The translations under genes were made by a program, and so were the position numbers. Under the pieces are notes generated by a model. That model was not told the DNA's origin. It did no database searches and saw only the letters and a list, made by a program, of their open reading frames with translations. A stretch of 64,000 nt of DNA from assembly GCA_973895155.1 (NCBI GenBank), contig OZ316892.1, positions 21,329,619-21,393,618 of the forward strand. The letters are read 5' to 3'. The DNA comes from Marsupella aquatica (Eukaryota > Plantae > Marchantiophyta). Positions 50,451-61,897 of this stretch are shown in pieces (within the stretch, counting starts at the first letter, position 1; each line of letters begins with the position of its first letter).

Positions 50451-51775
50451 AGAGCCCAGCAAGTAGATTCACAGTCACACCCCACACAGCAAGAAACAAC
50501 AATCACTTCAACTGCGACCAACCATGACAAGATGAGTTAGTTCAAAGATCACATTTATTACAAAATTGTGATTTATACAAAAATATGAGGGACTCCTACT
50601 CCTCACTCTCTCCCACCATTGCTAAGCATACATCTCCGCTGAATCTTGGAGGGCCAGGCCTCAAAAATATCAAAGTCCCAAGCATTCTATTGCTTCCCTG
50701 TCGCTGCTGATTCCAGAAGCCAATCAGGGGAAAGCACCCAAAGATTGTTGTTCATGACAAAATCATGCACTATTGTCTTAAAGAATTTTCTGCATATTTT
50801 CATGTATGACAGACCTACAACATGAGTGGAGGTTTCTGTTAGACTCTCCTCCACTGTCCCACCTAGCTCAACAACTATGGACTTGTATAGTCTGCACTTA
50901 GTCTCCCCAATTCCCTCTTCTGCAAATACCACATTGAACCCCTTCATAATGGTATTTCTCTCCTTGCCATGCTCATTCAATATAGCATCTGCACGCATAG
51001 GATGGTGTCCTATGTTGACAACAGGTCCATATTGGACAGAAGCAAAGTTGGGTTTCTCTGCCGCTGCTTCATAGGCTTCCTTTTCAGCCAAAGCCTCTGC
51101 AGTGGCCTCCTGTCGCACCCCTACCCTGGGCCTTAAATCCGGGTTAGTGTCGTGGTGCGACCTCGACCACCAGTAGGGGTGAGGGTTCGGGCAAGGAGGT
51201 GTGTAGTGACCTTCAATAGCCCTAAGTCGGGCTAAGCCGCTATACTTACTGGTATAACACTCGCATAATTCGTACTTGTCATAGGTATATTTATTTTCCA
51301 CTGCTGGAATTTTCCCTCAGTTAGTGACGCGGACTAACTCCCGACTTGGGGCTTTTCAAGCCATCGACGTGACAGGACCTTGTGACATGCAATGAGTGGC
51401 AATCCCTACCATTAGTCCGCACCCGGTACGTCCCTTAAAATGGCGCCTTTGCCCGGACAAAGCATACACACAACACCAGTTACTCTCATAAACATTAAGG
51501 GGAAAAGACTACATTTACTCAGCGAAGCATCAGTTTACATGGTTAACTCGACTTCAAAGGGGGTCAGCAGGCCCAACGGCAGTCGATGCCCAGTCTCTAC
51601 GAGGCCCTGCCTCGCACTTGCAACGTTGGCTGATCCTAACTGACCGGCCCTAATTCTTCCTACTGCCGCTAATCGGCGCCTAATGACAGTCATTCTGTCG
51701 TTACGCCTAACTAAAAGATGTCGCTGACTTAACCGCCTCGTGCGGCGCCTGCTTCTACCCTTCGCTAACTACCCC

Positions 51776-53323
51776 TTACGTGTGTGCAGTGGTTGGACCA
51801 GGGCTGGTCCCCTTGTCGGGGCGAGACCTTGAGCCGCCTTGATCAGAGGTGGGCCCAGGTTTTCCCCGCTGGAGGACGAGCAGGGTGACGCGGTCCTGCA
51901 AAGCCTTGTTGTCCCGTAATGCTTCCTCCGCCTCGTTTGCGGCTTCGTCGGCTTCAGTCTGGAGCCGCGCCACCTCCAAGTTGAGCTGGTCGATGGCGTC
52001 GCGATGGACCTGGTCCTGCGCTAGCAATTTATCTCGTTCAGCGGAGAGACTAGCCACTTGCTGTGCTGCCTGCAGGAATTGTTTGTTGAGGTCGGTCAGG
52101 CTGGTAACCCGAGCCAAAGATTCTGAGCGTAATTGAAGCACGGTGTCGTCCAGCTTCTTGAGTTCGGCCTGCGCTCCGCTTAACTCCTGGGTTAGTCCGT
52201 CCCTCTGTTCGACAGTGCGGACTAAATCCTCGCGGTGGGTCGTTGCCTCCTCCTCGAGGTGCTCTATCAGCATCTGGAGACGCCCTATCTCATTCCCCTT
52301 CGCCATGAGTTCTTCTTCCAAGCGGCTGACAATCCGTGGTTGGTGCTCTAACATGAAGAAGGCTGGCTGAAAGTACGCCGAGACTTGTTGTCCGATGTAT
52401 GTCACCAACTCCCCAGACATAGTCTGGCTAAACTTCTGGACCAGGTCGTAGGCCATGGTCCCCGGGGCTACTTGGTAGTCCTCCATCCTCTCGGGTACCG
52501 GTGGTTCCTCGGCAGGGGCAATGAGCTCCTCCGTAGTCAGCGCTGGGGAGGGGAAGGTTTCTTCAGGTGGTGGAGGGATTGGGGGTGGTTGTACTGCAGG
52601 TAGCGGAGGCTCAACGGAAGGAGGCGGTGGAATTTCGGCAGGGTGCGGTTGCGGAGTATTAGTCGGGGCTTCCGGCTCGGGGTTTTTCCGAGGGACAGTA
52701 GTCCGCGTAGTCGGGGTTGCCTCCTCTGGGGCGGGGGTGTCATTACCCGGGGCTGAGGTGGCCGTATTCTTTCCTCTGGCCTCTCGCCGTGCCTTGTACC
52801 AGGCGAGGATAATGGCGATATGACTCCCCAAGTAAGTCTTCCCTCCAATAGCCATACCACCCTGAGCCCGCTTCAGCTCCCCCGAGAATCTTCGGTAGAA
52901 GAATTGGGCCCAGTTTTGTCGTTTGTACTGTTCCACCTGCACTATCGTGCAAAGGGAAATCTCAGATTGTGGCTCAATCATGTGTAGGGTAGTCCGTATG
53001 AAGTTAAGCCGCTCCATACAGGTTAAGTTGGTGCACGCCCCCTGCTTGTATCCGTTGTCCGTCTTACCCTCGGGTTTGAAGTGCCGCGGCGTATACTCCT
53101 TATCCCGAATTCGGATTTCCACCGGCACCGGCCCGGTTGGTAGGCCAAAAATTTGCGTTAACCGATGCTCCGTGAGTGATAAGGTCTGCCCCGAAACCTT
53201 GGTGGTTGACGCATCAGTGTCGAAATTGGAGATGAACTCACAAATCTCCTTCGGCCCGGTGGCGCACGGCCTCCATAGTAAGTGGGCGAACCACTCCAAC
53301 TGATGCTCCTTGAGATAGTCCAC
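51776..53323 (-). CDS. LTR-encoded ORF B (Athila-ORF/plant-mobile-domain-like N-terminus, Pro-rich linker, coiled coil)
   Basis: Intact 515-aa ORF (no ATG start; probably spliced to upstream sequence via TTACAG at ~53376); duplicated at 58037-59296. Confidence 0.65.
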   Translation of the reverse strand: MDYLKEHQLEWFAHLLWRPCATGPKEICEFISNFDTDASTTKVSGQTLSLTEHRLTQIFGLPTGPVPVEIRIRDKEYTPRHFKPEGKTDNGYKQGACTNLTCMERLNFIRTTLHMIEPQSEISLCTIVQVEQYKRQNWAQFFYRRFSGELKRAQGGMAIGGKTYLGSHIAIILAWYKARREARGKNTATSAPGNDTPAPEEATPTTRTTVPRKNPEPEAPTNTPQPHPAEIPPPPSVEPPLPAVQPPPIPPPPEETFPSPALTTEELIAPAEEPPVPERMEDYQVAPGTMAYDLVQKFSQTMSGELVTYIGQQVSAYFQPAFFMLEHQPRIVSRLEEELMAKGNEIGRLQMLIEHLEEEATTHREDLVRTVEQRDGLTQELSGAQAELKKLDDTVLQLRSESLARVTSLTDLNKQFLQAAQQVASLSAERDKLLAQDQVHRDAIDQLNLEVARLQTEADEAANEAEEALRDNKALQDRVTLLVLQRGKPGPTSDQGGSRSRPDKGTSPGPTTAHT

Positions 53324-53396
53324 ATGTTCGAGTTTCTTGATCGCGATCCAGACTACCTCGGGGACGCGGATTACCTGTAATAAGTTGGACTTCGGG

Positions 53397-54149
53397 TTAT
53401 CCAGGGGCCGTCGTAGTACTTGACCGCTTACGAGGACGCTGTTCGAGTTGCAGACTAGCTCGCTCGGAACCCGAAGAACACTCCGCGTTGATTACTGGAT
53501 GGACTTGGGATTGGTTCGGCGGTACTCCGATGGTCACCGGTTGAGGCGCTGGGGTAGCCATATCCCAGTTGAAGGCGTTGGAGCTTTCCCCGAGGAACGT
53601 GAGATTACGCGCCGCTTCCCATTGTCTGCTGATGTCTTCTTGGTGCTTTTCGGCTGCGATCTGCTGGTCTAGGTACCCCAGAATCTTGTCGAACTCCGCT
53701 TGAGTAAGCCGCTGGTTGCCCTTCAGCTTAAAGAACTTAGCTGGAACCTCAAGAATCGCCTCTGCTACCGATCTAAGCCCTTCCTCGCTAAGATATAGTT
53801 CGGCGATGTAGTCTCGCAGCTCCTTATAGCTAGAATCCCTGGTGATGGCTGCCCTTTCGCAATTAACCAGTGCTACCTTGGTTACCAGCTTCACGTACCT
53901 TCGTTCGTAAGCGGCTTTCTCGGGGCAAGAGTACCAGTAAGTCTCGGAGAACTTAGCACCTACCTCGCCAAACAAGGTCCAAAATCCCAAGGCTGTGAGG
54001 GTCATACTAACCTCGTAGTCCGGTTCGTTGCGTCCACGTTCCCACCTGGCTGGTCCTTTTTTGCGGAGGCCTCGCTCGTCCTGACTAAATCTCGCCACAT
54101 TCCGCTCTTCTCCCTCGATAATTTCCTCATAAAGGTCGACTGGATTCAA
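53397..54149 (-). CDS. LTR-encoded ORF A, unknown function
   Basis: 250-aa open frame conserved in both LTRs (59394-60146). Confidence 0.55.
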   Translation of the reverse strand: MNPVDLYEEIIEGEERNVARFSQDERGLRKKGPARWERGRNEPDYEVSMTLTALGFWTLFGEVGAKFSETYWYSCPEKAAYERRYVKLVTKVALVNCERAAITRDSSYKELRDYIAELYLSEEGLRSVAEAILEVPAKFFKLKGNQRLTQAEFDKILGYLDQQIAAEKHQEDISRQWEAARNLTFLGESSNAFNWDMATPAPQPVTIGVPPNQSQVHPVINAECSSGSERASLQLEQRPRKRSSTTTAPG

Positions 54150-54511
54150 TCAAAAAGGCGAGCGGATGGCAGCGTCCGTGAATTCCAAAAAAAGGTAAAC
54201 GTGAGCGAATGGCCCGCAGTGCCATCGGCTCCTCTCTTATGGGGGTGCCCGGACGAGCCCGAGCGTGAGAAGGTCAGGCCGTTTGGTCATTGATAACGAG
54301 CTGAAGTCGGCGTCTCGGTCCAAGCGTGATTCTTCTAACTGATTTTTACTCCACTGCCGCCACCGTACCTCGGTCGTGCGTAATAATCCCTTTCCTGAAC
54401 TCGTAATTATTCGGTTATCTTAACCTACTCCTAATCTAATCATAATGGCAACTTGACGGCTATACGTGCTATTCTACGCTATGGCTACGGTCCTAATGAC
54501 CGTATAAGTCC

Positions 54512-55130
54512 TTCTGTGGGCGTCGCTCCTCATGTGGATTGCAGAGCGTTGGAGTACAACTGGTTGGGTGGTGGACGCTTCAGAAAGCGTCGTGGTCTTT
54601 GGGTGGACGCTTTTCAAAGCGTCCAAAAATACAAGGGACGCTTCACAAAGCGTCGGCGAAGTCGCGGCTATGCAAAAAACAGCAAAAATAAATTAATTCT
54701 AACTTTCAAACCACATGTCGGTTTGAGATGAAACTTGCAGGGATGATTCTACTACGCAACTACTACCTCCTGAAAAAATATGAGACTTTTCTGACCATGA
54801 TAGCTATTTAACTAAAATAGCAGAGATCGGCTGATTGTGATAATTGTATACAGAGCTCATTCTTGTTGAAAAAGTGTTTTGGAGGCCGGTTCTTGAATCT
54901 TCTAGTCTGCATTGCTTCTCCAATGATGTCCAGTCTTCTTTCTTGGTAGCATGTAAAGAGCAAGGATTTATATTGGCGATCCTTGTCCAATACAATAGCC
55001 TCCGATGAAGCATAACATTAGGTTAAGTGTTCAGTTGATCTAAATTTCTACAAAAGGTAACTAGATTGTACCTTGAGTTAGAAAAAGTTTAAAATTTATA
55101 AAATTTCCATCATTTCTAACTAATGTACAG
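54512..55130. mobile_element. Foreign ~620-bp fragment replacing pol/PPT and the LTR end
   Basis: LTR homology stops abruptly at 54511; AT-rich; three GGACGCTT-N4-AAGCGTC palindromes at ~54573-54654. Confidence 0.55.
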
Positions 55131-55132
55131 CA

Positions 55133-56669
55133 TTACATGGAATGTGCTTCGGTTCGACAGACCTGGCACAATGGAAGCGCTCTCCCATCCCCTTGCTTCC
55201 TTTGCTCCGTGCACTCTCGGGCAAAGTGACCAGGTTTCTCGCAATTATAGCAAACCGGGGTCCGCCAAACTCCGGGTTTAGGTGGGATACTTGACCATCT
55301 GGGGGCCACGCCCATTTACCAGATACGGATAAGGGGTATGGAACCCTGGATTATGGCCGCTTAGGGTGCGAGGTCCCGTCATACTCATCTGGAACACCGC
55401 CTCACCTGGATCCTCGAAGAAGTACTCCATCGTGCATCCCTCTGGCTCGGACTGTCCGGGCTCCAACTCCATCTGGTGCACGCGAGTGTTCCATCTTGGA
55501 CATTCTTGCACCACATGTCCCGACTGATAACACTTGGAGCACCAAGCATGCGCTCGGATTTCCGGTGGTTTCTTCTTGTCCGGAGGCTTTTCCGCCAAGT
55601 GCACCGATAGTGCCTTCAGCCGGTCTATGATTTCGTTCAGCTTTTCTACCTCCGCAGCCTTTGGGTCCGTGGTGACGACTTTGGCTTGCAGTTTATGTTT
55701 ACCCGTATCTGACCGTGATCCCTTCTTTCTTCTATGGTTTTGAGACTCTGACTCGGTCTCGCTGGAGGATGAGCCAGTTGACGTCGGGCTACTGGACAGG
55801 GAATCACTAGACTCTGAATCAGAGTCTGACGAAGAGCTGGTCCGGCCCTTCTTCTTATGTCGTCGTTTCTTCCTCCTCTTCTTCTCGTCGTACTCAGAGT
55901 CGGAGTCGCTGAAGGTATGATACCTCCTGCTCTTCTTATGTTTGGTCCTCCTATTAAGCTGAGAGGCGTAGTGCGATTCCCTGAAGGATTCGGCACTATC
56001 AATTGCTTGCTGTAGAGTGGTGGTCTTCTTTTCTAGCACCGAGAACGCCATCCTCTGGGGTAGCGCGTTGACGAACCATTTCCTCAGCAGAGAGTCATCT
56101 GGCTTAGGCCGAATCTTGGCGGCAACCTTCTAGAACCGTTGCAGAAATTTGCGAAGTGAGTCATGCTTACCCATTTGCATTCGCCCGATTTTTGACAGGG
56201 CCCAAGATTCGATCCCGACGGGCCGAAATTCTTGCAAGAACGCCGTTTGGAACTGGCCCCATGTACAACCCGGGGGTTGTAAGTTATACCACGGGCGCGC
56301 TTCTCCTTGTAGTATGCCTGGAAGAATGGTTAGCTTAATGGCTTCCTCACCATTCGCCTTGGCCGTGGCCTCGAACTCAGCTATCCATTCATCAGGGTCG
56401 TCTGTGGGTCGTCCCTTAAAGGGTCGATAGTGAAACCGGGATCTCTGCGACACGTTCTGAGCCGCAGGGGGCCGCAACGCACCTGGTACCTGCGGGGCTG
56501 GTGGAACCGGTGGAGTTCCTCCCGCGATCGGTGCTTGGGTACCCATCACAACACGCGATCCTGCTTGGGAAGCCGAGCTCCCCGCTTCGCTGGTCGCGGT
56601 ATTCTCTTCCAACCTTGATGCTCCGTCCGGTTGTTGTAAATACGCAGAACGTGACCGGGTAAGGGGCAT
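55133..56669 (-). pseudogene. gag: Retrotransposon gag with CCHC zinc knuckles
   Basis: PFKGRPTDDPDEWIAEFE..LQGEARPWY..TWGQFQTAFLQEF (Retrotrans_gag); CSKCYQSGHVVQEC, CYNCEKPGHFARECT; TAG at 56130, frameshift ~55310. Confidence 0.9.
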
Positions 56670-56795
56670 GCCCCTTCCTTCACGTTGAGTACAAAATCAA
56701 AAGTTACTAGCTCACTACACGGCTCCACTCGTAAGGCAAAATGAGTGCCCCCTCCATCTAGCGCCAAAAAACCGGTCGCCGTATGTCGCACCCCT

Positions 56796-57055
56796 CCACT
56801 GTCCCACCTAGCTCAACAACTATGGACTTGTATAGTCTGCACTTAGTCTCCCCAATTCCCTCTTCTGCAAATACCACATTGAACCCCTTCATAATGGTAT
56901 TTCTCTCCTTGCCATGCTCATTCAATATAGCATCTGCACGCATAGGATGGTGTCCTATGTTGACAACAGGTCCATATTGGACAGAAGCAAAGTTGGGTTT
57001 CTCTGCCGCTGCTTCATAGGCTTCCTTTTCAGCCAAAGCCTCTGCAGTGGCCTCC
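56796..57055 (+). repeat. 260-bp copy of outer flank 50851-51110 inserted into the second LTR
   Basis: TGTCGCACCCCT (56784-56795) is followed by an exact-looking copy of 50851-51110, then the LTR restarts at 57056. Confidence 0.9.
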
Positions 57056-58036
57056 TGTCGCACCCCTACCCTGGGCCTTAAATCCGGGTTAGTGTCGTGG
57101 TGCGACCTCGACCACCAATAGGGGTGAGGGTTTGGGCAAGGAGGTGTGTAGTGACCTTCAATAGCCCTAAGTCGGGCTAAGCCGCTATACTTACTGGTAT
57201 AACACTCGCATAATTCGTACTTGTCATAGGTATATTTATTTTCCACTGCTGGAATTTTCCCTCAGTTAGTGACGCAAACTAACTCCCGACTTGGGGCTTT
57301 TCAAGCCATCGACGTGACAGGACCTTGTGACATGCAATGAGTGGCAATCCCTACCATTAGTTCGCACCCGGTACGTCCCTTAAAATGGCGCCTTTCCCCA
57401 GACAAAGCATACACACAACACCAGTTACTCTCATAAACATTAAGGGGAAAAGACTACATTTACTCAGCGAAGCATCAGTTTACATGGTTGACTCGACTTC
57501 AAAGGGGGTCAGCAGGCCCAACGGCAGTCGATGCCCAGTCTCTACAAGGCCCTGCCTCGCACTTGCCCAGCAAGCTCGACTCTGGCTCTCACTCCTTGGT
57601 ACGCTCTGACCCTACTCAGGCCGGGACTCCCCGTGCCTCGCCTTTCTCTTGCTGAGATAACTAAGCCTTCTCCCCCTTCCCATCGCGGAAGGGGAAGCCT
57701 AAATACTACCATAGCGGAGAGAACCGGAGGATACTACCTTCCGGGTACTACCTACTGACTAACTAACTGCTGACTACCGGTCGCGCTGTACTGACCGGTT
57801 GACCGTCGACTACGAGTGTGCCAACCGGAATGGCGGGGGCCAAGCCTACTGACAACCTCTAGTCCGTTGATGGACTCAATCCTACGTTGGCTGATCCTAA
57901 CTGACCGGCCCTAATTCTTCCTACTGCCGCTAATCGGCGCCTAATGACAGTCATTCTGTCGTTATGCCTAACTAAAAGATGCCGCTGACTTAACCGCCTC
58001 GCACGGCGCCTGCTTCTACCCTTCGCTAACTACCCC

Positions 58037-59296
58037 TTACGTGTGTGCAGTGGTTGGACCAGGGCTGGTCCCCTTGTCGGGGCGAGACCTCGAGCCGCCT
58101 TGATCAGAGGTGGGCCCAGGTTTTCCCCGCTGGAGGACGAGCAGGGTGACGCGGTCCTGCAAAGCCTTGTTGTCCCGTAATGCTTCCTCCGCCTCGTTTG
58201 CGGCTTCGTCGGCTTCAGTCTGGAGCCGCGCCACCTCCAAGTTGAGCTGGTCGATGGCGTCGCGATGGACCTGGTCCTGCGCTAGCAATTTATCTCGTTC
58301 GGCGGAGAGACTAGCCACCTGCTGTGCTGCCTGTAGGAATTGTTTGTTGAGGTCGGTCAGGCTGGTAACCCGAGCCAAAGATTCTGAGCGTAATTGAAGC
58401 ACGGTGTCGTCCAGCTTCTTGAGTTCGGCCTGCACTCCGCTTAACTCCTGGGTTAGTCCGTCCCTCTGTTCGACAGTGCTGACTAAATCCTTGCGGCGGG
58501 TCGTTGCCTCCTCCTCGAGGTGCTCTATCAGCATCTGGAGACGCCCTATCTCATTCCCCTTCGCCATGAGTTCTTCTTCCAAGCGGCTGACGATCCGTGG
58601 TTGGTGCTCTAACATGAAGAAGGCTGGCTGAAAGTACGCCGAGACTTGTTGTCCGATGTATGTCGCCAACTCCCCAGACATAGTCCGAGGGACAGTAGTC
58701 CGCGTAGTCAGGGTTGCCTCCTCTGGGGCGGGGGTGTCATTACCCGGGGCTGAGGTGGCCGTATTCTTTCCTCTGGCCTCCCGCCGTGCCTTGTACCAGG
58801 CGAGGATAATGGCGATATGACTCCCCAAGTAAGTCTTCCCTCCAATAGCCATACCACCCTGAGCCCGCTTCAGCTCCCCCGAGAATCTTCGGTAGAAGAA
58901 TTGGGCCCAGTTTTGTTGTTTGTACTGTTCCACCTGCACTATCGTGCAAAGGGAAATCTCAGATCGTGGCTCAATCATGTGTAGGGTAGTCCGTATGAAG
59001 TTAAGCCGCTCCATACAGGTTAAGTTGGTGCACGCCCCCTGCTTGTATCCATTGTCCGTCTTACCCTCGAGTTTGAAGTGCCGCGGCGTATACTCCTTAT
59101 CCCGAATTCGGATTTCCACCGGCACCGGCCCGGTTGGTAGGCCAAAAATTTGCGTTAACCGATGCTCCGTGAGTGATAAGGTCTGCCCCGAAACCTTGGT
59201 GGTTGACGCATCAGTGTCGAAATTGGAGATGAACTCACAAATCTCCTTCGGCCCGGCGGCGCACGGCCTCCATAGTAAGTGGGCGAACCACTCCAA
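58037..59296 (-). CDS. LTR-encoded ORF B, second copy (in-frame ~264-bp deletion)
   Basis: Near-identical to 51776-53323 but lacking the Pro-rich linker. Confidence 0.6.
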   Translation of the reverse strand: MEWFAHLLWRPCAAGPKEICEFISNFDTDASTTKVSGQTLSLTEHRLTQIFGLPTGPVPVEIRIRDKEYTPRHFKLEGKTDNGYKQGACTNLTCMERLNFIRTTLHMIEPRSEISLCTIVQVEQYKQQNWAQFFYRRFSGELKRAQGGMAIGGKTYLGSHIAIILAWYKARREARGKNTATSAPGNDTPAPEEATLTTRTTVPRTMSGELATYIGQQVSAYFQPAFFMLEHQPRIVSRLEEELMAKGNEIGRLQMLIEHLEEEATTRRKDLVSTVEQRDGLTQELSGVQAELKKLDDTVLQLRSESLARVTSLTDLNKQFLQAAQQVASLSAERDKLLAQDQVHRDAIDQLNLEVARLQTEADEAANEAEEALRDNKALQDRVTLLVLQRGKPGPTSDQGGSRSRPDKGTSPGPTTAHT

Positions 59297-59393
59297 CTGA
59301 TGCTCCTTGAGATAGTCCGCATGTTCGAGTTTCTTGATCGCGATCCAGACTACCTCGGGGACACGGATTACCTGTAATAAGATGGACTTCGGG

Positions 59394-60146
59394 TTATCCG
59401 GGGGCCGTCGTAGTCCTTGACCGCTTACGAGGACGCTGTTCGAGTTGCAGACTAGCTCGCTCGGAACCCGAAGAACACTCCGCGTTGATTACTGGATGGA
59501 CTTGGGACTGGTTCGGCGGTACTCCGGTGGTCATCGGTTGAGGCGCTGGGGTAGCCATATCCCAGTTGAAGGCGTTGGAGCTTTCCCCGAGGAACATGAG
59601 ATTACACGCCGCTTCCCGTTGTCTGCTGACGTCTTCTTGGCACTTTTTGGCTGCGATCTGCTGGTCTAGGTACCCCAGAATCTTGTCGAACTCCGCTTGA
59701 GTAAGCCGCTGGTTGCCCTTCAGCTTAAAGAACTTAGCTGGAACCTCAAGAATCGCCTCTGCTACCGATCTAAGCCCTTCCTCGCTAAGATATAGTTCGG
59801 TGATGTAGTCTCGCAGCTCCTTATAGCTAGAATCCCTGGTGATGGCTGCCCTTTCGCAATTAACCAGTGCTACCTTGGTTACCAGCTTCACGTACCTTCG
59901 TTCGTAAGCGGCTTTCTCGGGGCAAGAGTACCAGTAAGTCTCGGAGAACTTAGCACCTACCTCGCCAAACAAGGTCCAAAATCCCAAGGCTGTGAGGGTC
60001 ATACTAACCTCGTAGTCCGGTTCGTTGCGTCCACGTTCCCACCTGGCTGGTCCTTTTTTGCGGAGGCCTCGCTCGTCCTGACTAAATCTTGCCACATTCC
60101 GCTCTTCTCCCTCGATAATTTCCTCGTAAAGGTCGACTGGATTCAA
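59394..60146 (-). CDS. LTR-encoded ORF A, second copy
   Basis: Near-identical to 53397-54149. Confidence 0.55.
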   Translation of the reverse strand: MNPVDLYEEIIEGEERNVARFSQDERGLRKKGPARWERGRNEPDYEVSMTLTALGFWTLFGEVGAKFSETYWYSCPEKAAYERRYVKLVTKVALVNCERAAITRDSSYKELRDYITELYLSEEGLRSVAEAILEVPAKFFKLKGNQRLTQAEFDKILGYLDQQIAAKKCQEDVSRQREAACNLMFLGESSNAFNWDMATPAPQPMTTGVPPNQSQVHPVINAECSSGSERASLQLEQRPRKRSRTTTAPG

Positions 60147-61897
60147 TCAAAAAGGCGAGCGGATGGCAGCGTCTGTAAATTCCAAAAAAAGGTAAACGTG
60201 AGCGAATGGCCCGCAGTGCCATCGGCTCCTCTCTTATGGGGGTGCCCGGACGAGCCCGAGCGTGAGAAGGTCAGGCTGTTTGGTCATTGATAACGAGCTG
60301 AAGTCGGCGTCTCGGTCCAAGCGTGATTCTTCTAACTGATTTTTACTCCACTGCCGCCACCGTACCTCGGTCGTGCGTAATAATCCCTTTCCTGAACTCG
60401 TAATTATTCGGTTATCTTAACCTACTTCTAATCTAATCATAATGGCAACTTGACGGCTATACGTGCTATTCTACGCTATGGCTACGGTCCTAATGACCGT
60501 ATAAGTCCTAATCTACGACCTGGGTTCGGTCAAGTGACACGTTACCCGTGTCACACCTCCTCACTCTCCCACAACTCATATTTCTTAGTACTCTGTACAC
60601 ACCTATGTTGAACAGAATCGGTCAGCCAAGAGACTTCAACTACTTTTAGACCTTGGTTGGTAATGGCAAAATCAATGAAGGACCACGACTACTTGTTCAT
60701 CACATCCAGCCATGTCCCCACAACAACATGTGTAGTTTGTGGAGTGATGTCCTTGACCTCAGTCCCATGGAACTCTGAGAATCGTTTTTGTACGATTGGC
60801 CAACTCACTTGGGTGAACCTATAGTGGCCAGGAATCAAAATGGCTTTGATTCCAGCCAACAGAGGCGGGTGTCAACCTGTGTACGTTTCCTAGAGGCCAT
60901 GTACACACACCCCACCTAATCACTGCAGACCGGAAGATAATGCGTTCACCTGATAATCGGAGGGCCCCTAAAATGCTGCATTTATAACTTGGTCCAGTCC
61001 AGTCATTTGGTGAGTCTCTGCTCCAAACAAGAGAAATATTGGGACAAACGTACTAGACACCTGCAAGGATGCACCTCATGTAGTTTGAATATGTGCCTTC
61101 ACAATATTGAAGGTGACAAGTGCAATTGTTTTGTGATGCCACATACAGATGTTGTAAATGGCAGACATTCAATGAGAATACAAAATGTTGGTACACTTCT
61201 GCGCATTCTCGCAAATTAAATAGCCTTGTAACTTATATGCTCATAATGAGAAGTCCTGATTTAATTTAAGCAGTGTCATGTAAGTCGTGATCAAAATGAT
61301 TGCAGAGTTAAAAAAGTTCCTAGAAGGCTTAAGGGGAGTTTTTGAAGGCATGTACCCAGGAACAAGTAATGAACTTAGGGTACTTGTTGCCTAAGCATCC
61401 TCTCCTACAGAGGTCCTTCTCAAAATTGGAATGTCTGCAATCTCCAAGGTATCCACATCAGGTGCACTATGCATGTACATTATTCAGGTTCAAAGCCAAG
61501 AAATGTGATCTCTCATAGGAGTGTGCAAGTAGGATCTATGGCATGGCGATGACAATAGAAGATCCATCGATCAACACCATGTGCACAGTGATGATAGATG
61601 TGTCTGTCACAAGCATAGCCTTCTGCTTGACCCTGGGGAATCACTTAGAGTAAAACCCCTAAAACACGTGAGAACAAACCAATGAAATTTGAAAAAATAA
61701 ATTAATAAATAAATTCAATTAAAAATACCCTTGTACCCTTTATTATATGACTTTGACAAATTTTTAAATACCTTGCTGAATATAAAAACTAATATTTTTA
61801 CCCAAATTGGATTTGTAAATGCCTTTAGTACAAATTTTTGATTATAATTATTACACCAACAAGATTAAAAATAACCTTCATTTGTTCACACCCCGTT

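Larger units (their letters stand above)
51111..60555 (-). mobile_element. Gypsy-like LTR retrotransposon with ~3.5-kb LTRs, gag only (pol deleted)
   Basis: TG...CA termini; 5-bp TSD CCTCC (51106-51110 / 60556-60560). Near-identical long repeats 51111-~54511 and 57056-60555. PBS-like TTTTTTGGCGCTAGATGGAGGG (minus strand, ~56750-56783) precedes gag. Confidence 0.9.
50605..60900 (-). pseudogene. Tandem-BRCT protein gene split by LTR retrotransposon
   Basis: BRCT1 (60870-60556): LLAGIKAILIP..FHGTEVKDITPQTTHVVV..KVVEVSWLTDSV. BRCT2 (~50950-50690): IMKGFNVVF..VELGGTVEESLTETSTHVVG..WVLSPDWLLESA. Frame SEE|ATAE restored across TSD CCTCC. Confidence 0.8.

Noticed and set aside
50687-51301. 204-aa and 162-aa ORFs (also 56758-57246) as real genes
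   Set aside because: Chimeric frames: the N-terminus is LTR sequence and the C-terminus is the interrupted or duplicated BRCT gene.
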